A stretch of 64,000 bases of DNA, from positions 71,572-135,571 of the forward strand of contig CAWIAU010000001.1 of assembly GCA_963834265.1 (NCBI GenBank). The letters are read 5' to 3'. The notes beneath the pieces are model-generated. The model did not search any database, was not told the DNA's origin, and saw only the letters and a program-made list of their open reading frames with translations. The first letter of the stretch is position 1. Each line of letters starts with the position of its first letter. The stretch comes from an uncultured bacterium. Its GTDB lineage: Bacteria > Patescibacteriota > Saccharimonadia > Saccharimonadales > 2-12-FULL-41-12. A program made the position numbers and the translations under genes. Shown here piece by piece: positions 26,570 through 33,035 of the stretch.

Positions 26570-26824
26570 ATGAAACAAGTCACTATATCCTCAAAGAACC
26601 AGATCACCTTGCCCAGTGCTCTGTTGAGGGCCAGGAAATTGAAGCCTGGCCAGAAACTATACATAGTGGAGCAAGGGAGTGATTTGACTTTGACAAGCAA
26701 GAGTCCCCTGGATCAATACATCGAAAAAGCGACCAACCTGCGGAATAACACCCCCGCCCCTCATAAGATTATTGACCCCCTGAAGCTTCGCCAGGAACTT
26801 CGGGATGAATGGAAAAATAGATAA
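26570..26824 (+). CDS. AbrB/MazE/SpoVT-family antitoxin (VapB-like)
   Basis: MKQVTISSKNQITLPSALLRARKLKPGQKLYIVEQG is a swapped-hairpin AbrB-type motif. Start moved from the track's TTG at 26534 (which is the -35 hexamer) to the ATG at 26570. Confidence 0.7.
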   Translation: MKQVTISSKNQITLPSALLRARKLKPGQKLYIVEQGSDLTLTSKSPLDQYIEKATNLRNNTPAPHKIIDPLKLRQELRDEWKNR

Positions 26825-27247
26825 TTGCAGTCTATATATGCTGATACAAATGTATTGATATATTTTTCCCAGCCTCATTGTGAATTTTTTGATCAGGCTA
26901 AATCACTGTTCACTTATGCAAAGTTAAATGACCGGCAAATAATCACTTCATCCCTGGGCATAGGTGAATTCTTATCAAAAACCGGCCCCGATACGGACGT
27001 GGAGGGCATCTTGTCATTAGTCGCAAAAAATGAGATTCGGGAGCAACCTTTTGATCATGACTGCGCACTCCTGTTCGGGCAACTTCGTGCTCAGCTCAAA
27101 AAGAGCGTTCACCCGATGGATGTTACACATATGGCAGTCGCCCTCCGGAATAAAGCCGAACTTTTTGCCACAAATGATCTGAATCTATGTAAAATTAAAA
27201 TTAATAAGCTGAAAATAATTCCCTTGAGCGAGTTCACAAGCATATAA
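26825..27247 (+). CDS. PIN-domain toxin (VapC-like ribonuclease)
   Basis: IYADTNVLIYF (N-terminal Asp), GEFL (Glu) and FATNDLNL (C-terminal TxD). Starts directly after the antitoxin stop. Confidence 0.65.
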   Translation: MQSIYADTNVLIYFSQPHCEFFDQAKSLFTYAKLNDRQIITSSLGIGEFLSKTGPDTDVEGILSLVAKNEIREQPFDHDCALLFGQLRAQLKKSVHPMDVTHMAVALRNKAELFATNDLNLCKIKINKLKIIPLSEFTSI

Positions 27248-27254
27248 TACTGCC

Positions 27255-28235
27255 ATGCGGATAATAATTGTCATACCTAACTGGAATGGCGTGGATATGC
27301 TGACTGAATGCCTGAAGTCGCTGCAGAAACAAACTTTGCCGGCAGAGATTGTGGTAGTCGATAACGGATCACTCGATGGATCTGTACAGCTGCTCGAGCG
27401 AGAGTTCCCCCAAATAACACTACTCAAAAATCCCGTCAACCTCGGCTTCGCAGGCGGAGTAAATACCGGCATACGCTATAGCCTGGAGCATGATGCCGAC
27501 TATATAGCATTATTCAATAATGATGCGATTGCCGATAAAGACTGGCTCAAGCACCTCGTAGAGACGCTACAGCACAATGATCACGCCGGTATCGTAACTT
27601 CCAAAATAATGCGTTCTGATAAGAAGCATCTGGACAGTACCGGCGACTTCTACAGTGCATGGGGCACTGCATTCCCCCGTGGCCGTGACGCAGAGGATAC
27701 GGGCCAATATGAGAAGACTGAGATAGTTTTTGGTGCTTCGGGTGGTGCAAGTTTGTACCGTTCTGAGGTTTTCAGACAAATTGGCTTATTCGACGAAGAC
27801 TTCTTTGCTTATTACGAAGACGTGGACCTGAGCTTCCGGACCCGTCTGCAGGGTTGGGAGATACTGTACCAGCCCAAAGCCTTGGTTTACCACGAAATCA
27901 GCGGAACCAGCTCCAGAGTTCATGATTTCGGCGTTTATCACGGTCTAAAAAACATATTTTTCCTGAGTTATAAGAATCTGCCTTTCGGACTATTTATAAG
28001 GCAGTTGCCGAAACGTATGGTTTATCTCACCGCTTTGCACAGCTATGCCTGGGTACGGGGCAAAGGCCTGTCGTCGCTAAAAGCAACTGGTCAGATTATC
28101 CTGCTGCTGCCTGAAATGACACTCAAGCGCCGGGAAATTCAAAGAAATCGTAAACTATCATCATCAGAGATAAATAATCTGATCTACCATAATCTGCCAC
28201 CGTCTACAAAGCGTAAACTGGGACAGAAAAAGTGA
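27255..28235 (+). CDS. Glycosyltransferase family 2 (rhamnosyltransferase-like)
   Basis: IIIVIPNWNGVDMLTECLKSLQKQTLPAEIVVVDNGSLDGS, NLGFAGGVN, YYEDVDLSFR. Confidence 0.8.
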   Translation: MRIIIVIPNWNGVDMLTECLKSLQKQTLPAEIVVVDNGSLDGSVQLLEREFPQITLLKNPVNLGFAGGVNTGIRYSLEHDADYIALFNNDAIADKDWLKHLVETLQHNDHAGIVTSKIMRSDKKHLDSTGDFYSAWGTAFPRGRDAEDTGQYEKTEIVFGASGGASLYRSEVFRQIGLFDEDFFAYYEDVDLSFRTRLQGWEILYQPKALVYHEISGTSSRVHDFGVYHGLKNIFFLSYKNLPFGLFIRQLPKRMVYLTALHSYAWVRGKGLSSLKATGQIILLLPEMTLKRREIQRNRKLSSSEINNLIYHNLPPSTKRKLGQKK

Positions 28236-29551
28236 ATACTCTGATTGCAAAGAAAGTATTTGTCGGCGTTTTGTGGTTATTGCCGTTTTATCTGCCGATA
28301 GCAGTCTGGGCTGCCAGTAACGGAGCATCGATATATGTTTTATCGGCGTGGAAAGAACTGCTCATGGGGATTCTGCTGCTATGTTTGCTAAAGCCGCTCA
28401 CCGATCTCATGAAAACTTCCGACCGGACAACACGTCTGCTGAATGGGTTGATCTGTGCGTATATATTGCTCGCTTTTGTGAATATTTTTCGGGCTGATAG
28501 TTTGTTTGAGTTTACGGGCGGCTTCCTGTTTGATACGAGATTTTTGTTCTTTTTCCTAATTGCTCAGGTGTTAGCAGCTACTGTTAAATTTAAGCCGGAA
28601 TACATCGCCCGTGTGGCAGTAATTACCGGCACAATTCTGGCGGGTATCGCGATCTTGCAGGCCTTTGCACTGTCGCCGACCTTTCTGCAGCATTTTGGTT
28701 ATGAGCCGGTCGGAGTAGAAATTGCAGGTATACCACCGGCGGTAACTCCGCTGGGAGAAGTAGAGGATTTTGTCAGGCCACAAGCTACGCTTCGCGGACC
28801 GAATCCGCTGGGCGCGTTCCTGGTATTGCCACTGGCGTTATTGTTCCGGCAGATATTCCGGCAGAAAAAGCAGGACTGGAAAGTTGCCGCACAGGTGTTT
28901 ATCGTAGCTTTTGCCCTGTTGCTAACGATTTCCCGCAGTGCCTGGGTCGCCGGCTTTGTATCTGTCGTGATTTTATTTTTCGCAACTTTTGGGGCGCGGC
29001 TGAAAACTGTCAGAAAACTTCCGCTCATTCTGGCGGCAGCAGTATTACTACTGCTGTTAGTGGCCGGATACAACAGTAAGACCGGCCGTTTAATCCTATT
29101 CCGGGAGGACACAACTACCTCTATCAGCGCCTCTGATAATATTCGCTCCGATCTTAACCAAAAAGCGATACGGGATATACGGGATAATCCGCTGGGGCAT
29201 GGACCCGGCAATGCCGGTCCTGTCTCTGTACTGGATAGCGGTGACAAGGGGCGGATTGCCGAGAACTATTATCTGCAGGTAGCTCAGGAGCTGGGCTGGG
29301 CCGGCCTCGCTCTGTTCGTGGCTATTACTGTGGTGCTCGGTAAAAAATTATGGCAAATCCGTCGCAGTAATCTCGCTATGGTTGCATTGGCTACACTGAT
29401 CGGGCTTAGCATAGCCAACCTGACTCTTCACACATGGGCAGACGAGGTAGTGTCGATATTCTGGTGGTCATTCGCCGGAGCGGTAGTCGGGGCTTCAGGT
29501 CTGAAATCTAAAGATAAGACCTATAATAAGCATCCTGAGAAACAATCATGA
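28232..29551 (+). CDS. O-antigen ligase/polymerase-like (Wzy_C family) membrane protein
   Basis: 439 aa with about 10-12 TM helices. Contains LLLTISRSAWVAGFVSVVILFF and a periplasmic-loop-like segment with NPLGHGPGN. Confidence 0.65.
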   Translation: MNTLIAKKVFVGVLWLLPFYLPIAVWAASNGASIYVLSAWKELLMGILLLCLLKPLTDLMKTSDRTTRLLNGLICAYILLAFVNIFRADSLFEFTGGFLFDTRFLFFFLIAQVLAATVKFKPEYIARVAVITGTILAGIAILQAFALSPTFLQHFGYEPVGVEIAGIPPAVTPLGEVEDFVRPQATLRGPNPLGAFLVLPLALLFRQIFRQKKQDWKVAAQVFIVAFALLLTISRSAWVAGFVSVVILFFATFGARLKTVRKLPLILAAAVLLLLLVAGYNSKTGRLILFREDTTTSISASDNIRSDLNQKAIRDIRDNPLGHGPGNAGPVSVLDSGDKGRIAENYYLQVAQELGWAGLALFVAITVVLGKKLWQIRRSNLAMVALATLIGLSIANLTLHTWADEVVSIFWWSFAGAVVGASGLKSKDKTYNKHPEKQS

Positions 29552-30645
29552 AACACATAGTCGTTGACGCACGCATTATCAATTCCACTACCGGCACATA
29601 CATGCTTAATCTGCTGGAGAATTTGCAGGCAGCCGATACCAAGAATCGCTATTCGGTTCTGATACATCCCAAAGATATTGAATACTGGAAGCCCCGGAGC
29701 AAACGCTTCACTATCGTACCCTGCACAGTCCGGCTGTCATCGGCTTCGGAGCAGACCATATTGGCCCGTCAGATCCGCTCGCTCAAACCAGATCTGGTGC
29801 ACTTTTGCATGCCTCAACAGCCGGCCTTGCTGGGAATTAAACGGGTGACTACTATTCATGACCTGACCCCCCTTAACTTCCGGACTCCCAGGAGTACCCG
29901 AAGCAAACGTACGGCGTACCGATGGCTTCTCAGGCGGGTGGCGCATAAATCAGAGCAGCTTATCGCCCCCAGCGAGTACACCAAGGAGGCTCTGGCCAAA
30001 TTTGCGCATATTAACAGCCGCAAAATCAACGTGACTCACCTGGCAGCCGAACAGATAAAAGCTGAATCTAAGCCTATTGACGGACTGGAAGGCGTGCAGT
30101 TCATTGCATTTGTCGGTCGTCCGGCACAGCACAAAAATCTGGACAGACTCGTCGATGCCTTCGCGCTATTGCACGATAAGAATCCTGATCTCCGGCTGGT
30201 CCTGGCTGGTAAGCTGCTGTCCGGCTATCGCAAGCTTGCAGAATATGCCGGCTCCGGAGGTATTGAGAACATCATCTTTACTGACTATATCGACGCCGGT
30301 CAGCTACGCTGGCTGTACGAGAATGCAGCTGCATATGTATTCCCGAGTCTCAGCGAAGGATTTGGCCTGCCGGGGCTTGAGGCTATGGCCCATGGCTGCC
30401 CGGTGATCAGCAGCAATGCAACGTGCCTGCCGGAGATCTACGGCGATGCGGCACACTATTTCGACCCGAGCGACACCGAAGATATGGCCACCGCAATCCA
30501 CAAAGTAGTTAATAATGAAAAGCTTCGCGCAGACCTGATTACATTAAGCCGCAAACAAGCTCAGAAATACTCGTGGCAAAAAATGGCTGAACAAACCTTC
30601 GCCGTTTACAACGAAGCACTAGATAGCCACTCCAAAACAAAATGA
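29548..30645 (+). CDS. Glycosyltransferase family 4
   Basis: VFPSLSEGFGLPGLEAMAHGCPVISSNATCLPEIYGDAA (EX7E region). Confidence 0.85.
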   Translation: MKHIVVDARIINSTTGTYMLNLLENLQAADTKNRYSVLIHPKDIEYWKPRSKRFTIVPCTVRLSSASEQTILARQIRSLKPDLVHFCMPQQPALLGIKRVTTIHDLTPLNFRTPRSTRSKRTAYRWLLRRVAHKSEQLIAPSEYTKEALAKFAHINSRKINVTHLAAEQIKAESKPIDGLEGVQFIAFVGRPAQHKNLDRLVDAFALLHDKNPDLRLVLAGKLLSGYRKLAEYAGSGGIENIIFTDYIDAGQLRWLYENAAAYVFPSLSEGFGLPGLEAMAHGCPVISSNATCLPEIYGDAAHYFDPSDTEDMATAIHKVVNNEKLRADLITLSRKQAQKYSWQKMAEQTFAVYNEALDSHSKTK

Positions 30646-30785
30646 CCATTTTGAGCCAAGCCTCAACGACCAAAAGCTTCCATTCCTCCCTCAACGTATC
30701 TACGGATATGTTTTACCAGGAAATTAAAATTTTTGATTCGCTGATTCAATACCTGAAAATGGTCATTTTGTTTTGGAGTAGCTAT
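30623..30785. repeat. 30-bp near-perfect inverted repeat (29/30; 24 bp perfect core) closing a 103-nt interior
   Basis: Left arm 30623-30652 (atagccactccaaaacaaaatgaccatttt) covers the last 7 sense codons and the TGA stop of the GT4 gene. Right arm 30756-30785 is its reverse complement, with a single mismatch at 30628/30780. Confidence 0.9.
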
Positions 30786-30805
30786 AGTTTGTTAAACTAG
30801 ATGAT

Positions 30806-31393
30806 ATGAAGAAAATTTTATTGATTGCAGCCCTGGTTTTGGCAATAAGCGGAAGCGCAGGAGCTTACTTTTTAACCAGAGAGGATAATAAAAAGCCGCC
30901 GGCTTCTACTAGCAGTACCAGCTCGCCGCAAACCTCACCAACAAATACTCCTCCGGCAACTCCCGAAGTTCCTCAGGCAGAAAAAACTGTTTGCGGTATC
31001 CTCACGCAAGATGTAGCCGACATATACATGGAGGGCGGGGCCATAGCAAGCGACTCCAACAAAGAAGCGCCGAGAGACTCTAACAATGTGATTATCTCTA
31101 CATGTACATACAATTCTGCAGACGGCACCAAAACCGCGTCCCTGTTAATGCGCGTGGCTAAAAATGCGGAAGGTTCTGCCCATGACAAAGAGCAGTTCGG
31201 ACCTAACAAACCCTCTACAGCGCAGACTCTCAGCGGATACGGAGACTCAGCATACTGGGATGCTGACTTCAAACAGCTGAATATTCTCAAAGGAACAACC
31301 TGGTACATCATTACGGCCGGCCCCAATCAGGTTTCGTCGCGAACCGTAGACCAGGCCAGACTACTGGCAGACCTCCTGGTCCAAAAGTTCTAA
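30806..31393 (+). CDS. Hypothetical secreted/anchored protein
   Basis: N-terminal hydrophobic signal (ILLIAALVLAISGSAGA), an S/T/P-rich linker and a ~130-aa C-terminal domain with 2 Cys. Confidence 0.5.
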   Translation: MKKILLIAALVLAISGSAGAYFLTREDNKKPPASTSSTSSPQTSPTNTPPATPEVPQAEKTVCGILTQDVADIYMEGGAIASDSNKEAPRDSNNVIISTCTYNSADGTKTASLLMRVAKNAEGSAHDKEQFGPNKPSTAQTLSGYGDSAYWDADFKQLNILKGTTWYIITAGPNQVSSRTVDQARLLADLLVQKF

Positions 31394-31400
31394 CTGTCTC

Positions 31401-31438
31401 ATGTGCATTAATTACGCGATCGCATATTTAATGCACAT
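31401..31438. terminator. 11-bp stem hairpin (ATGTGCATTAA / TTAATGCACAT) between convergent genes
   Basis: Perfect 11-bp arms at 31401-31411 and 31428-31438. The 16-nt loop contains the palindrome GCGATCGC. There is no clear U-tract, so a terminator role is tentative. It overlaps copy 1 of the 24-nt direct repeat. Confidence 0.35.
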
Positions 31439-31456
31439 GACTTGCTTCGATGGATA

Positions 31457-31975
31457 CTAAATATCAAACAATTCCTCGAGTTTTTTCTGCTTGTCGATGA
31501 AACTCGTTTCAATATACGTAACGTACGAATCAACTTCGTACTGCGCACATACCTGCTCGATTTCTGATTTGCACGGATAAGGATAAATCCAGACACTTTT
31601 CTGCAATTGCCTGAGGCCAAGCTCTTTGATTTTGCGCGTCAAAGCATCCCGGCTGGTTTTCTTCTTTTCCGGAATATCAAAAAATACGAGACGCCATTTT
31701 TTGTCCCATTTTTTCGGAAAAGGGATTTGCAGTTCATCAAGACTAGTCTTCTCTGCCCGCGCCCACCCCTTTTCGGTAATTTGAAGTCCGTGCTCATAAC
31801 TGCCCGAAACTAATCCCTGCCTGCGCATGTAGGTCAGAGCTTTCTTTATTTCTCTCTCGCGAGTTCTGGCATCCATTTTCTTAAAATAGAATTTTAGCGG
31901 CTTATCCAATGCCCGGAGTGCATTAGGCGCAAACAAACCAACAGAAATTACTCCACCCATAACTAAAACTTTCAA
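31457..31975 (-). CDS. PaaX-like regulator (winged helix plus Cas2-fold-like domain)
   Basis: REIKKALTYMRRQGLVSGSYEHGLQITEKG (wHTH-like), followed by KKWRLVFFDIPEKKKTSRDALTRKIKELGLRQLQKSVWIYPYP, the W..V.FDIPE....R..L...L...G...LQ.SVW..P pattern of PaaX-family proteins. Confidence 0.45.
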   Translation of the reverse strand: MKVLVMGGVISVGLFAPNALRALDKPLKFYFKKMDARTREREIKKALTYMRRQGLVSGSYEHGLQITEKGWARAEKTSLDELQIPFPKKWDKKWRLVFFDIPEKKKTSRDALTRKIKELGLRQLQKSVWIYPYPCKSEIEQVCAQYEVDSYVTYIETSFIDKQKKLEELFDI

Positions 31976-32022
31976 TACATTATCAACTATTTCAGAAATT
32001 TCACCCTTCCAGCCATGCTCAT

Positions 32023-32050
32023 ATTATACGCGGTCGCGTATTTAATGCAC
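32023..32050 (-). promoter_or_regulatory. Candidate promoter/operator of the PaaX-like gene (-10 TATAAT abutting the palindrome TACGCG-nn-CGCGTA)
   Basis: On the minus strand TATAAT sits at 32028-32023. The near-palindrome tacgcggtcgcgta sits at 32027-32040. This is copy 2 of the 24-nt repeat tacgcgRtcgcRtatttaatgcac (copy 1 at 31413-31436; 22/24 identical). Confidence 0.35.
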
Positions 32051-32293
32051 TTTTTATTTCTCTCCTCGCTGGAGTGACTGTGAGAATTAAACGCAAGCGT
32101 ACACACCACCCATACTGCAAAAGCCGGCCTTATCGCCACGCTGCAGCAGGCAAGATAATCCCTTCCTCCCTCGGTTTATCAACAGATAAGTTTTACTCGC
32201 CAGAGAACCCTGTTGACTTGCCGATCCATCACTGGAAAACCCGGATTTAATAGTATGGGTGGTGTACAATGACTTGATATAAGGAACCCGCTA

Positions 32294-32962
32294 ATGCCTA
32301 AGAAAAAACCAGTTCGGAAAAAGAGTAATAAGAAGTTTGCAGTCGAAGCTCCCAAAGTGTTTACTTTCAAGACGAAATACCGCGGGAGAATTATTCTGGG
32401 CATTATCATGATATTGGTTCTCCTCTTTTTGGGAGTACGCCAAATACAGATCTTTCAGGAGAAAGCCGATTATCGTCAGGCTGAGGTTGTGCTGGATCGA
32501 CTTTATGGAGAGATAGAAGCTAAGATCGGAAAACCCGACAAGATTGAACGAGGCGAAGAATGTTTTTATTCTAGCGCGAAATTTTCAAAAGGCATATTGC
32601 GCTGTTCTGTATCTGTTTATTTCTCCCAATCAATTGATGACGTAGGCCTGGCAAGCACTAATGCAAATCAGATTGTTAATATCCTAAAACAAGACACTAG
32701 ACTAAAAATTAGTGAATATAAATACAGTGATCTGATCGACTTTAGCACGAAAGAGGACTATAGCAGGCTTGGAGAATCGAGCAGAGACTTTGAATTAATT
32801 GGAAACTCGCGGCGCTGCTTTGTGTCATTCCAGTATCTTAACCCTAAGGATGCTTTAGAATTTAAGAGGATTGTTGCCAATAATTCTAGTAATAAACTTA
32901 TTATGGATATCAGCTGCGGAGGCAAAGCAAAGACTGAACATTTCCCTGTTAGAGCGCCTTAG
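32294..32962 (+). CDS. Hypothetical membrane-anchored protein
   Basis: Basic N-terminus, a single TM (IILGIIMILVLLFLGV) and an extracytoplasmic domain with 4 Cys. No family recognised. Confidence 0.5.
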   Translation: MPKKKPVRKKSNKKFAVEAPKVFTFKTKYRGRIILGIIMILVLLFLGVRQIQIFQEKADYRQAEVVLDRLYGEIEAKIGKPDKIERGEECFYSSAKFSKGILRCSVSVYFSQSIDDVGLASTNANQIVNILKQDTRLKISEYKYSDLIDFSTKEDYSRLGESSRDFELIGNSRRCFVSFQYLNPKDALEFKRIVANNSSNKLIMDISCGGKAKTEHFPVRAP

Positions 32963-33035
32963 AAAATTATCTTTTGCTTTGACGACAGTTTTGCTTTATA
33001 AACACTAATGATATTAGTCTGTTGCGGAGTTAATC

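Noticed and set aside
28699-29247. 182-aa minus-strand ORF, and similar long antisense ORFs (for example 36890..37339, 48678..49163, 48850..49173, 59160..59675, 62568..62948)
   Set aside because: All lie antisense within well-supported genes of higher GC content. They have no recognisable motifs and Arg/Ser/Pro-rich composition typical of shadow frames.
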